From contig ML992503.1 of the NCBI GenBank assembly GCA_010093995.1, positions 797,234-861,233 of the forward strand: DNA of 64,000 nucleotides. The letters are read 5' to 3'. Source of the stretch: Elsinoe ampelina. Its lineage: Eukaryota. Under the pieces are notes generated by a model. It did not search any database. It saw only the letters and a list, made by a program, of their open reading frames with translations, and had not been told where the DNA came from. Every line of letters begins with the position of its first letter. Position 1 is the first letter of the stretch. Position numbers and translations under genes: made by a program. Shown here in pieces: positions 24,036 to 37,716 of the stretch.

Positions 24036-25073
24036 TCACATTCCCGGCGTGCCCTCAAGCCCACCCACCTCCTTGACGATCTGATCAAAATCCACCCCCT
24101 GCTTCGTAAACTCCGCCTTGATCTTCTCCATCGTCTGCTCCTGCCTCTTCCTATCAAACCCACCAGGCTGACTGCTCTCATACTGCACAATCTCGATCCA
24201 CCTAAAAAACAAACTCTCCTTCCCCATGCCTGTCAACCTATCCTTCAACGCCACAATCTTCTTCCTCTGCTCTTCCTCCTCCTGATTCCGATCCTTCTCA
24301 TGCACCCTCCACACCATCCACCCCACCCCCTCCTTATACGCCAGAACCTGCTTCTCAAAGTCCCCTACCACAAGCGTCTTCTTATCCACCAGCTCATGCG
24401 CCTTTACCATGCCGAAGAAGTCCAAATCCCAGTCTTTGCCCATCATCATGTACCCGCTCTTCTCCCTGCAGTACTGCCTGTCAACGCCCGTGAGAACGCG
24501 CGTCTTCCAGAACGGACTCTCCTCCCCTGCTTTACTGCTCCCTACCAGCTCTTTGGCTCCCCACCGCCGCGACTCCCGCACCACCACCTCGTCGTCCCGG
24601 AAGCCGATTGTCCACCTCCAATGCGCCGGGTTGCTCGGCTGTTCCAGGAAGAATGTGATCGGCCATGGCAGCACGAAGCGGAACAGCACAAAATCCAGGC
24701 CGAATGTTAATGCGCGCTTGACCACGATCCACACGAGTCCTTTGGTGGTGTACTTTGAGCGATCCACCGTGAGGGGGCTAGCGTAGCCTAGTATCGTATT
24801 CAAGAGCCCCATGTAGAAGGGGAAGATGGCGTAGATGCGCCATACTAGAAGCAGGAAGATGGAGAGGTTGAGGATGACGGGGACGAGGAAGATGCGTCGC
24901 TTGAAGACGGATGGGAAGCGGTCGATGTGGGTGATGTAGACGTTTTTGGTGTCGAGGGAGTCGAGGAAGGGGGTGAGGCGTTGAGGGGCTTTGGTGAAGG
25001 GTTTGGGAGGTGTGGTTTTAGCGGCTTCCCAGTCGGCTACGTGTTTGTTTGTGATGCGTTTAACTTGCGGCAT
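24036..25073 (-). CDS. Conserved-looking hypothetical membrane protein
   Basis: 345-aa ORF with 2-3 hydrophobic segments. Confidence 0.7.
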   Translation of the reverse strand: MPQVKRITNKHVADWEAAKTTPPKPFTKAPQRLTPFLDSLDTKNVYITHIDRFPSVFKRRIFLVPVILNLSIFLLLVWRIYAIFPFYMGLLNTILGYASPLTVDRSKYTTKGLVWIVVKRALTFGLDFVLFRFVLPWPITFFLEQPSNPAHWRWTIGFRDDEVVVRESRRWGAKELVGSSKAGEESPFWKTRVLTGVDRQYCREKSGYMMMGKDWDLDFFGMVKAHELVDKKTLVVGDFEKQVLAYKEGVGWMVWRVHEKDRNQEEEEQRKKIVALKDRLTGMGKESLFFRWIEIVQYESSQPGGFDRKRQEQTMEKIKAEFTKQGVDFDQIVKEVGGLEGTPGM

Positions 25074-25696
25074 GGTGGTGATGAGGTGTTGGAGTTGCCT
25101 TTTCAGGTAGAGGTGGCTCTCTGGCCGCGGAGAACTTGGTTGATGTCGTCTAGATCAAGTCATGTTGTGCTTCGATGGTTGTGGAGGGATACAGAGCAGG
25201 TCTGGCGCAAGTGGCTTGGGTTAATACGATGCAGCAATTGATCTTGGGTCTGATGTCGAGCAGAAAGTCGTGTGGCAGAAGTTTGTTGAAACTTTTGTTA
25301 AAACAGGGACCGGACTTCACGCGGGGTCTAGTTAAACCTCCTCAGGCGGGGACCAACAGTGCTCCTTCTTTCACACTGCATCTGTCACTTTATGTAAACT
25401 CATCTGGAAGGCACAGGCCAGCAGTCATTTCAACTATTGCGGAAAAGGTCGGACAACTAAATCAAATCCATTCCGCTCAAGAGACTATCTTGCCCATCCA
25501 GTGCTGTGGACGGTGAATGCAGCACGCTGTCTGCGCGCCATACCAGAGAAGTACAGAAAGCTTTTCAATAGACTCCTTTTGTATACCGTCTCCCTCTCGT
25601 CGCATTTGCCATCAAACCCGAAAGATTCACACCAAGACTCATCGACTACCGCTCATCACTCCGTCAGCCAATTTTGGCTCAAGATGTCATGATAGC

Positions 25697-26496
25697 TTAA
25701 GCCTTGTTGCGGCCGGATCTGCGTGGTTCACCAGACTCGGTGGCGGCCTTCTTTGGCTCCTTCTTTGGCTTGGAAGAAGTGCTGTCGCTCTTCTTGGGAC
25801 GGCCTGCCTTCCTGGTCTCGCCATTGGCCTTTGACTTGTTACCGTTGGTCTTTTGCTTCTTGGTCTCAGGCTCGTCATCTTCCTTCTCCTCTTCCTCATC
25901 CTCCTTCTCCTCTTCGTCCTTCTCCTCATCCTTCTCAGCCTCATCCTTGGACCGCTTGTCGCCAGCTTTGGCGTCGCCATTCTCCTTGGCATCATCATCC
26001 GTCTTCTCATCCTTCTTCTCCTTGCCCTTCTTGGTGTCCTCTTCGGTCACTTCCTTCTGCTCGCCAGCCTTTTCGGCGTGCTTGTCACCAGGCTTCTCTA
26101 CATCCAGCTCGGAGGCCTTCTTGACAACGTCATTGCCGGAGCGACTGACCTTGACGGCGGGGTTGCTGGGTTCAGCCTTCTTTTTGATCTCGTTGCCGCG
26201 ATGCGAGGTGATGGAGACCTCGCCCTTATCCTTGACTTCGTCTACTTTGCCGCCAGGACGGCTGCCAGACCATTGCCAGGAGACTATGTGGTTGAGTCAG
26301 GATATTACTATTCTTATAGAGGGGGCTGGCACGTGCACGGAGGAGCTCCGACAGGTTGCCAAGACGTGGCAGAGCAGTTCGCGCATTTGCGACAAGGTCA
26401 TGTATAAACATGTTCAAGTGCTTGACTAGGTCGCGCGGACGTGTAGAAGGATAGCCACTTACCCTGGTCGCCTTCCTTGATGTCCTTGTCGGCCAT
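25697..26496 (-). CDS. DUF2945/Hva1 Tudor-like protein with charged tail
   Basis: Spliced MADKDIKEGDQVSWQWSGSRPGGKVDEV...NPAVKVSRSGNDVVKKASEL; K/E/D-rich C-terminus. Confidence 0.8.
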
Positions 26497-28678
26497 TGCT
26501 GTCGGAATGATGACGTAAGAATCGAGTCGCGGTTCTTGAGCGAAGCGCAAAGGTTGTGGCTAATTTGAGCTGACTGGGAGCTGCGCGAGAGCTTTGCGAC
26601 CGCGATTGAACGTATCAGAGGGTAAAAATCGAAAGAGTGGGAGTGGTTTGAGGAAGGAAAGAGGGAGGAAGGAGAGGTGAGAGGTGCTTCGGAATGGGAA
26701 TGCGATCGGACCTAGAGATCCCTCTCCCTTTGGCTGCGAACGATTGCACCCGCAGCAGCCAGGAAGTTGGGGGCTGGAGAAAGCGCAAGCTCGACGGGCT
26801 CAGGGCTCTCCGTCTCTCGCAGCTCACGCTCGCGTCACTGGTCTCACCTTGCCCTGTTCATCCGTCAGCATTTGTGGACGAACAGACGCTTTGTTGTCGC
26901 AACATGAACACGAGTCGTTTGGGACAGGATCCCTCGACTGATAAGAATGTTAACCCTGACAAATTTTGTCGCATTCTTGTCCGTTTGCAAACAATCGACC
27001 TGGAATAATAATGTGGACTCGATTTGACCCTCGAGGGCAGCTCCAGTTAGCTAATTGCCTAATCGGGAACTAGCGCAGATGGCGATGGAACTGGCTGTCT
27101 TCTTGTCTCTGTCCTGCTTTCAGGAACACTGGGCTCGCGCCTTGCCAGCAGGCGGAAAACCCTTGGACTCCTTTCATTCGTCGACTGATCCTGCTGGTGG
27201 AGTTCACCAAGTACCTGGTTGAGATGGACAGCACCCATTTCGCAGGCGCAAGCCTGAACAAGATTTTGACGATTCTCTGCCCATCCTTCTGCTAGATTAT
27301 TAGGTACCAGCAATCGGGCTGGGAGAGATGCCATTTTCGACGCGCATCTAGTTCCGCGAGGCCAGCAAGATGTGATCGTACGACTTGGGCACAAGGAATA
27401 GCCCCTGTGTCTAGGCATGGAATCCCCCGCTTCTGAACAGTCAACTTTGGCGACCCATGGGATGCCGTCAAAGATGCGGTCAGTATAACAGGTCCTCAGA
27501 AGTCCCGCCCTGCTCTTGGTCAGTAGCCAAATGGCCGGTTTGACCGAATCGACCGAGTGTTAGCGCATGGTGACTACAGCAAAAGAAACAGCATCAACTG
27601 CCGAGCCATCGCAAGGCCACCTCATCATCAATGCATTGTTGCCATGCGCTATGCATGTTCAGGAGCTAATGCGAGATCCTGCTCGGACATGTCCATACAG
27701 TCAATAGTAGTCGATTGGTAGGCGCTGAAGTAAAGCGCCCAGGCAGAGCGTTCTGGCCACTCATCGTACGTAATGCCCTCGGGAAGTCACTCTCACTCAC
27801 GTGCCATGGCTTCACCGCATTATACTACCTGAGATCATATGCAGTAGACCTTGCATGTCTCTGCATGTACACATGCATGATGTCCGTTGGGATCGCGGGC
27901 ATAGTCTGAACGGCTACTGGCTATGAGCGTACTTGGTATCACACTGTTTCAGACCGTGATGTGGTTCCGGCACAGAGCCCCTATATTTCCGTACCAGATC
28001 TCCACCACAATGTCCTCGAGTCTAGCCAGGGCCGCCTACATCGAAATTGAACCAGAGTCATCGAGAAGTGAGGGAGGGATTTAGGATGGAGACTGGCCTT
28101 TCCGTCACATGCACATGCATGCCATAGATTCGGTACTGCTCGGCTAGCTAAGCCAAAACATGGCTCGCCGTCTGTTTCAAGCACGATTACTGGCGCCATG
28201 CCCAAGTACCGGCCCGTTCGCCGGACCAAAAAAATATCCCACCGAGGTTACCAAAGGTCGCCAACGTGGGGACCCTTGGGACGTGTGGCGGGGCATGCCG
28301 GAAATTCGTCTTCATGCCAAATGATCCAGAACTTTTGCTCTACCATCTTACCCTATACTACTCCGAAACAGGACTTTTAGTCTAAGGACATCACACCACT
28401 CGAGCACGTCTCCAAACGCCGACTTGCGGTACACAGCGGAGAAACACACACCCGTGCTGCAAGGTCGCAGTCATCCTAGCCGGACCATCCAAAACGAGGA
28501 TAGAGATCGGGGCTATGAACAGGTTGATGGGACTCTCTGGACGCGAGTGCTAAGACCTCCCATCCTTCCTTCCATCTTTGGCGACCTGTGTGTATGTGTA
28601 TATATACTCAAACCTAATGCCCTATTCTCTGCCACGACAGAATCGACAGAAACGCAGCATTACTAGCATTCTTTCAAA

Positions 28679-30470
28679 ATGATTCCTACAAAGATCCTCA
28701 GGGCTCCACTTCTTCGCAACCAGGTTCGTCAGGCTGTTCAAAGACGATCCATCCAAGCCTCCGTCAAGAAGGAGCGTGCCGTCGCCAGGGAGGACCCTTC
28801 CTTCTCTGACCTGTACCAACCTTCGACATCCTCTTCCACTTCTTCACGGTCACCCACTGTGACCGTCCGCGACCTTCGTTCCCAATACAATCGTACATAC
28901 GTATGTCCTAGTACTCAGCAAGGCCTTTGCATACTACATAGACTCATCGTCTGACCACGCATAGACACCATTCGAGAAACGTGCCACCAACGTCGGCCCA
29001 CTCCGATCCGACAATGACCATGCACTATCATGGGATGGGAGCAATCTCGTTCTGTCCAAGTTTGGCAGCGACACCAACATCGCTGTGTATGACCATCCTG
29101 TTGCTCCACTTGACCATGTTATCTGACCACTCAATACAGAAGCCAATGGTGGTTGAGGGATCACTGCCCATGCAGCATCTGCATGAATCAAGTCACCAGA
29201 CAAAGACAGGTCAACCACCTTAAAGGACTGTCGAACGCACCTCGTATTCGAAAGGCCAATGTTGATGTCGCCGCCAAAGTCGTCGAGGTCGAATGGAACG
29301 ATGGCCACCGAAGCATCTACGACCAGAACTTCATCACCCGCAAGCAGTCACCAGAACTCGAGGCGGTCCGCCGTGGAAATACTCCGTAAGAGCCTAACCG
29401 GTCACCCCTCTGCGGCTCAGCTAATACCTCCCAGTTTGAAACTCTGGGGTGCATCGATTGCCCAGACACCTCCTGAGGTCCACTACTCGGAACTGCAGGC
29501 AGGGAGGTATGGTGAGCTCATGGAGAAGATGGTAAGAACAGGCAGCCTTCGCGACAGATGTCAAACTGACCGTACTCCAGCGTATCCATGGTTTCTGCTT
29601 TGTACCTGGCACACCAGCTACACCAGAGGCAAGCGAAGCAATGCTGAAGGACATTGGTCCCATTCGCGAGACACACTTTGGTGGCTTCCACGTCGTGACC
29701 TCAGATCTCATGTCAAAGGGTAAGGAGACTGAGAAGTATACCATACCAAGGCTAAACGATCATAGACACTGCATACACCAGCGAAGCTCTCGAGCCTCAC
29801 ACTGACACGACATACTTCTCCGACGGTGCCGGTCTTCAAATGCTCCATCTCCTGTCACACGAGCACGGAAGAGGAGGCGAGTCGCTCTTCATCGACGGCT
29901 TCAAGTGTGCCAACCAGCTGTACGAAGAGGCTCCTGAGCTCTACCAAGCTCTTGCCACCTATGGCATCTATGCTCATGCTACTGGTAATGAAGGCGTCAA
30001 CATGCAGCCTTGCGATGCTGTTCCTGTACTGCGACACGATCATCTAAAGACAGAGCTTCTCCAGGTCAGGTGGAACAACGCCGATCGTGCTGGTGTTGCG
30101 GCTCCCATGGACAAGATGGATCTCTGGTACGATGCGGCCAGCAAATTCCAGGAACTTCTCGACAGGAAGGAGAATCAGTACTGGTTCCAGCTCAAGCCCG
30201 GAACGCCGATGCGTGAGTCTTGAGATGTCGTTGCCCATGCCCGTGGTGCTGATCCTTTCTAGTGTTTGACAACTGGCGTTTGCTTCATGGCCGCTCGGAA
30301 TTCACCGGCCTTCGTCGTGTCTGTGGCGGGTACAGTAAGTCTTTTGAACCTTGTCGAGGCGAAAGAACCGTGTCTGATCATTCACAGTCAATCATGACGA
30401 CTATGTCTCCAAGTACAAGACGACCAATTACTCCGAAGCAGATCTCATCGCAGCCACTGTCTCTGGTTAA
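28679..30470 (+). CDS. Trimethyllysine dioxygenase (TauD-fold, carnitine biosynthesis), multi-exon
   Basis: WLRDHCPCSIC, DTAYTSEALEPHTDTTYF, GGESLFIDGF, VRWNNADR, FDNWRLLHGRSEFTG. Confidence 0.85.
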
Positions 30471-30961
30471 CAACATCGATGGATGAGTCTGACTGACGCT
30501 TTTGACGGCCGAATACACAGAAATGACTACGCATGTGCTTCATTGCACTGATTGAGCTTGCAACTGTACAGGCATGGCGTTCGGAAATCGAGGTTGATAT
30601 CATGTGAATACGTAGTTGAACTGAAATGCATACAGTCTGTTTCGCGATCGGAGGCTCTAGAGCTGCATGTTACGATCCCTCCTTGCATCGTGATTAGATT
30701 GGACAAATGACAAGTAAGATCCAACCAAAGTGAAGATACGGGTCGAGTCAGGTTGTTCGCCGGTGCGAGTCATGTCGCCTCTTCATCGAAGCTTCATCAT
30801 CGCGAGCTGCCTGAGCTCACGATTTCTAAACACATCATCCGACTACTCTTGCTTTATTCGTCCACCTCTCATCTCGCCATCACCTTTCGCCCGTCCAGAC
30901 TTGACAACGAATCTTCTCCGACTTTCCACCTCCACATCAGCGCTTCACCACATCCGTCAAA

Positions 30962-32444
30962 ATGGCGACTCTAGAAGATCTTGAGAACATGGACCGGGAT
31001 GGCAAGGACGACGGAGACAAGGACCCCAAGAAGCCATCATCAGGGGATGCAGATATGACGGATGCCGATTCGAAAAAGGAGCCGGAGAAGAAGGAAGAAG
31101 ATGACCTGATCGACATGGATATTCTCAACTCCAACACAAGAGACATCATCAACCGCCGCCGGCTACTGGAGAACGACACGCGCATCATGCGGAGTGAATT
31201 TCAACGCTTAACCCACGAGAAACAGGCCATGCATGAGAAGATCAAGGATAATTTGGACAAGATCGAGAACAACCGGTGAGTGTACAAGTGATGGATTAGG
31301 GAGGACAGGGCTGATGGCCATAGGCAATTACCGTACCTTGTCGGCAACGTCGTGGAGATCCTGGACCTGGATGTCGCTGCTGAGGCTGCGGAGGAGGGAG
31401 CAAATATCGACCTGGATGCGACGAGAGTGGGCAAGAGTGCAGTCATCAAGACATCGACCCGCCAGACGATATTCCTGCCGCTGATCGGTCTGGTGGATCA
31501 CGAGAAGCTCAAGCCTGGTGACCTGATCGGTGTGAATAAGGACTCGTACTTGATCCTGGATACTCTGCCGGCCGAGTACGACAGCAGAGTCAAAGCTATG
31601 GAGGTGGATGAGAAACCGACGGAGAAGTACACTGATGTTGGTGGTCTGGACAAGCAGATTGAAGAGCTGGTAGAGGCTGTCGTGTGGCCGATGAAGGAAG
31701 CTGAGCGGTTCAAGAAGATTGGCATCAAGGCGCCAAAGGGTAAGGACACTATACAAGAGCAATTGGACACTTACTGACCACGTCATAGGAGCACTCATGT
31801 ACGGACCACCAGGTACCGGCAAGACGCTCCTCGCCCGTGCCTGCGCCGCCCAGACCGAAGCCACTTTCCTCAAACTCGCCGGCCCCCAACTAGTACAAAT
31901 GTTCATTGGTGATGGTGCAAAGCTGGTCCGCGACTGCTTCGCTCTGGCGAAAGAGAAGGCTCCCTCCATCATCTTCATCGACGAGCTGGATGCTGTTGGT
32001 ACGAAGCGTTTCGACAGCGACAAGTCTGGTGATCGTGAGGTACAGCGAACCATGTTGGAGCTTCTCAACCAGCTGGATGGTTTCGCATCAGACGAGCGCA
32101 TCAAGGTTCTCGCCGCGACCAACCGTGTCGACGTCCTCGACCCTGCGCTGCTCCGTTCTGGTCGTCTGGACCGCAAGATCGAGTTCCCCTTGCCAAACGA
32201 GGAGAGCAGAGCACAGATTCTCAGGATCCATTCGAGAAAGATGACCGTTGACGAGGGGATCAATTGGATGGAGTTGGCCAGGAGCACGGATGAATTTGGT
32301 GGTGCTATGCTCAAGGCTGTCTGCGTGGAGGCTGGTATGATTGCATTGAGGGCGGGTCACAGCAAGGTCAGCCACGAGCATTATGTGGATGCTATTGCCG
32401 AGGTGCAGAGCAAGAAGAAGGATGTGATCAGTCTGTACGCTTAG
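30962..32444 (+). CDS. RPT5: 26S proteasome AAA-ATPase subunit 6A
   Basis: [48 protein letters not shown]; two introns. Confidence 0.97.
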
Positions 32445-32576
32445 AGTGGAGGTGAGAGGGAGTGTAGCATAGATACCTCGACCATTGCGGTCTGGAACGA
32501 CACAACCATCATCACAACCACCTTCCTGCCTTTTGTGCTTTCATTTGCATAGTCCATGAATCAGCTACATTGGTAT

Positions 32577-33536
32577 CTACAACTTGGCCCTCTCCCCTCC
32601 CTCCACAACCCTCATCCTCGCCCTCCCATTACTCAACACCGTCTTTCCCCCCTTCACCTCGGTCTGAAACCTCACCTCCTCCCACCCCTCCCAATCCCTC
32701 TCCCCCCTCCAAACCTTCGTGACCAACACATCCCCGGGCCTGACCGGACTCGCGAACCTCGCCGCAAACGTCCTCAAATTCCCCGCCTGCCCGCCCCCCA
32801 AGACCTTCAGCAGCCCTCTCGCGGTGGTATTCCAGCTAAACAACCCATGCAAAATCTCTCCCCCGAACCCCATTTTCCTCCCCGGCTCGGGCGTCGCGTG
32901 GAGCGGGTTATAGTCGCCATTCAACCTATACAACAACGCGCTCGTGTCCCCCGTCGCATGCTCAAACACCTCATCGGGCGACCCCTCCCTGCCCGCCGGC
33001 GGGGGATACCCCAGCGTCTTGGGGCCCTTGGGACCGCCCCAGCCCCCTTGGCCCACGAAAAACCCCGACCCCACGGCGCGCGTGTACGTCTCCCCACTGG
33101 CCGCGTCGACGAGCGTCTGCTCCGTCTCGACCACGGTGCCGGGCTTGCCCTTGTCGTACGCGCCCAGGACGCGGCTCCGCACTTCGAACGTCCGTCCCGC
33201 GGAACTGGCTGGTAGGGGTTGCAGGAATTCGATGTGGCGTTCGCCGTCGACTGCGCGGCGGGGGTCGAGCGGGGGAACGCCCGGGATGGTGGTCCGTCCG
33301 GAAGAGGATTGTGAGGCGTAGAAGTCGATTACTTCCCCCGAGGTGCCTTTGAAGGGGAGGATGATGGGGTAGGTTGGGAAGGGGGTGAAGGATGGGTGGA
33401 GTTCGTAGATGAAGTGTTGTTCTGACGCCGGGGTGCAGCCGATGGAGAGGGCGAAGAGGAGCGTGTCCCGTGTGGTCCAGGAGACGGGTTGAGGGGGGTA
33501 GGTGTGCCCTGCGCCGGGGGAGGTGGTGGAAGACAT
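32577..33536 (-). CDS. Peroxisomal MaoC-like enoyl-CoA hydratase 2/dehydratase
   Basis: YRLNGDYNPLH, ILHGL, RFASPVRPG; C-terminal PTS1 -AKL. Confidence 0.9.
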   Translation of the reverse strand: MSSTTSPGAGHTYPPQPVSWTTRDTLLFALSIGCTPASEQHFIYELHPSFTPFPTYPIILPFKGTSGEVIDFYASQSSSGRTTIPGVPPLDPRRAVDGERHIEFLQPLPASSAGRTFEVRSRVLGAYDKGKPGTVVETEQTLVDAASGETYTRAVGSGFFVGQGGWGGPKGPKTLGYPPPAGREGSPDEVFEHATGDTSALLYRLNGDYNPLHATPEPGRKMGFGGEILHGLFSWNTTARGLLKVLGGGQAGNLRTFAARFASPVRPGDVLVTKVWRGERDWEGWEEVRFQTEVKGGKTVLSNGRARMRVVEGGERAKL

Positions 33537-34203
33537 GGTTGAGAGGGGGGGGTTAAGATTGGTAAGGTGGTAGTAATAAGAAGGAGTTGGAAGAGGAGGC
33601 TTTGAGGTAAGTTGAGGGTGGAAAGTGAGTTCTGCGGGGTTGGTCCGGGGAAGCTCTGAACTGGAGCCGAGGCATTTGGAGATGGACATGAGTGATCAAT
33701 TTGGATCCAGAGCTCTTTCATTGATTGATCACATTCATTCACTGCGCTATCTGATTCATGAACCACCCTTGGCCTTTCATACTTCATGCTATTCCCCCCT
33801 GTCCACCTTAATCATCAAAACGCCAGACGTGCAAAGACGTCTCTCAGGGGCAAGAAAAAGCTCATTTTGTGCATACGCTCGGCGTCGAGAAGCTAGTGCA
33901 GATGTGATCGAGGCGCTTCTGTCGCAGGACGTGTGTGACGAGATCCGCCAGGCTGGTTGTGATCCAGAGTCGTAAGAGATGATGCGCCGTTTTGATAATG
34001 ACATTGATGCAAATTCTTCTTGGTCGTGGGCTGTACAGTGAGAGCTGCTGATGCATGGAGAAGCAGCTAATATGGTAATTCGGTCCTCTACCGTGATTAT
34101 GAGGCCGGAGCTGTTTGAGTTGTAGATCGAAAAAAGGGTGGAAGCAATGAGGTATACGTCACAGAGACGACGAGAACAATTCTGGTGAGCGTGAACAAGT
34201 TCC

Positions 34204-36888
34204 TCAGTCGTCCAGCATATCACCAGCGAACATGTTCTCCGGATCATTAGACTCGATGCCAGTCATACGGTCATCCTTGCTAATGGTACGACGGAGCTCG
34301 TTGTCATCCTCGCGCGTTGAAACCCGGCTGAGACTGTTGCCGAACTGGCGATCAAGGTTGCTCTCGTCGACAAAGGTAAAGCCCTTGAATGCAGTCTGCA
34401 GGGTTGGAGAGAGGGGGGTCTCGGGGTTGATACCAGCGGCGAGCGCAGCAGCCCTCGCATTCAGCGAAGAAGCATTGCCGTTGTTCAGCGCGTTGGTGAA
34501 TTCGGGGTCAAAGTTGCTGGTGTCAAGCTCTCCCTTTAGTTGAGGCTTGAATGGCGGCTTGAGAGACTTCCTGCCCAGAGCGGCCCAGTCAACGTCGGAG
34601 AAGAATGGATGTGCCATCAGTTCATCAGCGTCTCCCTTTGCACCTAGACGATGGTTTGGGTTGCGATTGAGCAACCCCTTGACGAAGTTTCTACCTTCAA
34701 CAGACAGAGCATCACGTGGGAAGCGGACCTTGCCGAAAGCGATGTTCTTGTACATCTGCTGGGTGTCCTCGGCGTAGAATGGCGACCATCCGCAGCACAT
34801 TTCGAAGACAAGAACACCGAGGGACCAGAAGTCGACCATCTTGGTATATCCTTGTTCATCGAGAAGCACTTCAGGAGCAAGATACTCGGTTGTTCCGCAG
34901 AAAGTGTTGGTCGTGTCACCCTTGGATAGATTGGCCTTGGAGAGACCAAAGTCGCAAAGAGCAATGTGACCATTTGCATCGAGAAGGATGTTCTCCGGCT
35001 TGAGATCACGGTAAACAATATCGTGTTGGTGGAGGTGGCGCAGGGCAAGAATGAGTTCGGCGATGTAGAACTTGGCGCGTTCTTCATAAAATCGACCTTC
35101 GCGCTGGAGATGCCAGAATAGCTCGCCGCCAGACATGTAATCTGTGACGAGGTAGAGGTCTGAGGAGGTCTGGAAGGAAAATTTGAGGCCGACGATGAAT
35201 GGTGAGTTGGTTGTAGCGGTTCGGACAAGAATGTTGCGCTCGCCGATAGTGTGCTGGACCTCCTTCTTCTGAATGATGACCTTCTTGGAAAGGACTTTCA
35301 TGGCGTAGATACGACGGTTGTCCTTCTTCCTCACCTGGAAGACCTGACCGAATGTGCCCTTGCCAATGAGCTTGAGGATCTCAAAGTCCTCTGGACCGTA
35401 GACCTTCTTGTCGGTGTGCTTGTATCGGAGTCGGAGACGAACCTCGCCACTGACGTGATCGGACTCGCCTTCGCGGGAGCGGAGCTTGTACCAACCTTCG
35501 TGGGCGGTCTCGAAAGATTCTAGACTTGGGGTGAACCGCACTTGGCCGAGGAATGCCTCATCATGGCTCTTGTCGTAGATTGAAATGTCCAGCTCGGATT
35601 GATCGCCCACAACATCACTTGTGAATGTTAGCCTTCCATCTGGTCCAGTCTCATGTATCACTTACAAGGTCGCCTCATGCTTCCACACAGGATCTGTGAC
35701 TCTTTCGTCATTTGCTGCATTCGCTCGGAGTTGGGCAATGTTTGTCTGACTGCTCTGTCGGCTCCTCAAACCAGGGATGCTCAATGGCTTGCCCTGATCA
35801 CTGCCAAGTCGTCTCATGGCTACACCCTTGGCCAAGTCTTCCTCGGGCGCTTGATCCTGCCGAGTGTCCATAGCGTCGGCCTGTGCACCCTCGGAGATAT
35901 CTTCGTTGAGTTGGAAGATGCAGACCACATAAGGCGCAGTGCTTGGTCTCAATCCACGACCCTGCACAATAGACACCTGAAGTTGCCCTCTGATCTGTGT
36001 GACGGGACCATTGGCCGAGGTCGAAGACGACGACCGGCTGGTCTTGGGTGCTGTCTGAAGCCCGCCATTGTGCTGGCCTGCCCTGCTCTCACTCGATAAC
36101 GCCCTAGGTGTCTGAGGTGGAGTGTTCTGTTGGGAATTGCCATTGGTCAGCCCACGCTTTCTCTTGTTAGAGCTAGTGGAATTGCCAGAAGAACGCCGCG
36201 AAGGAGTAGGAAAGGATATATTAGTCGTAAAGGTCGGTGAGGCTGGGTTAGATGTCGCAGGATTAGAAATCTCGGCGGTCACAGCAGAAGTCGTAAGTCC
36301 GGTGACCGAGGTGGTCGTCGCCAGGGATTCCTTTCGCAGCCGAGAGGGAGGTGGTGGCGACCTCGCAGAATTCGGCGCACCGCTAGACGATTGAGCTGAT
36401 AGACGTCTGCCACTGTGAACAGCCTCGGACAACTTTGTCGTCGAGGATGATGACGACAGCGGCGGCGTCGGGTATTGTCCATGCTCTTGTGCGTGCGACG
36501 ACCTCTTCGCGACGTGCACCATGTCATCCATAAATTTCGTCGAGGGCTGACCTCCAATCACTGGCGTAGAGGGCGCTGTGTCCGGCTTCTGCTGCGAGGC
36601 GGGTGGACCAGACTGGCGGGACTGGCCCGACATTGCGGGAGTGGTTCGAGATTTCGAGGCAGGCGCGACGGCGTTTGAAGAATTGGGAGAAGGCAAGAAG
36701 GAAAAAGAAGACTGGGCACGAACCTGTGCAAAGAAATTTGAGAGTTGCGGAAGGCGTTTGTCAGAATGCAGGTCGGGTCTCGGTGTCGCGGTACCACCAT
36801 TACCTGGTGGAGTGTTTGCACCGGAGCCGATGTGGTCTGAATCGTCTTCGTGTTTTCTGTTAGATCCGGAGACGTCAGCGGGAGCCAT
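34204..36888 (-). CDS. SCH9: AGC-family Ser/Thr kinase with C2 domain
   Basis: GSGANTP..TPRPDL..KRLP N-terminus, C2 domain, IGKGTFGQV, YRDLKPEN, TFCGTTEYLAPE, FKGFTF; intron ~35618-35665. Confidence 0.93.
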
Positions 36889-37690
36889 TTTGGAAGAATG
36901 CTCGAGTCATCGAAGCATTAGTAATGGGGAAAGGGACGGATTGAAATTAGAAGGGACATGTATGGGGATCTGGGTCAAGGGTGGTGGTTGAGTGGTTGTG
37001 GTGTCTCGCGTGGCTGAGCGTCTGTGTCCTTTGCGGCTGCAGATGCAAAATGATGCAGAGATTTTGACGGCATGTGCAGCAGGGCTCCGGCCCAGGACCG
37101 CCAGGCTCAGCAAATGGGCGCGTTGCATTTGGTTGAAAAGGTAGCCCCGAATGCGCCCGAGCGACCAACCGCTTTCCAGAGAGGCAATAGCCGGTGGGCT
37201 TGGTGGGGTAAAAAAGGTTTTCTCATGCAGCGACAAGTCGTGGGGGGTTCCAGAGTCAAGGTTCAGCGTCCAAAGATTAGTCCAGAAGGCAGTCCGAGTC
37301 CAGAGGCAGATCCACCCAACCGCGGCCGTCCGGATTACTCAAAGAGGGACATGGATGCGAATGACAAAGGAAGAGGTGGACTTACCCAAACATGATGGAT
37401 TGACGCAGGCTCTCGGCCGCCGTCTGTGGTGCTTTAAGAGTCGCCGTCGAGGTGGCAGTTATGCTCCGACTGAGCCAGCCGCGCGGTGACGTCTCGAGCG
37501 CTGGTGATTTCGACACTGGACTCGAAGGTGTCGAAGCTGAAACAGATGTCGTTGACAGCGTCGGCACCGCGCTGGACGACTTACTGCTCAGCGGCGGAGG
37601 ACGCGGTCGTCGTGCTGGGTCTGGACCGCCTCGTGAAAGTGGTCGTTTGCGTTGTTGTGAAGGAGAGGCTTCGAGGTGAGGAAGTGAAGT

Positions 37691-37716
37691 TGTAGCTGTA
37701 GCTGTAGCTGTAGCTG
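37691..37716. repeat. (TGTAGC)4 microsatellite
   Basis: tgtagctgtagctgtagctgtagctg. Confidence 0.9.

Noticed and set aside
26600..28600. Long intergenic region as a hidden gene or ncRNA
   Set aside because: No convincing ORF, tRNA/rRNA motif or repeat structure by eye; consistent with a divergent promoter region.
31328..32314. Long antisense ORF opposite RPT5, and similar ORFs opposite other genes
   Set aside because: Shadow ORFs expected from codon bias in GC-rich coding DNA.
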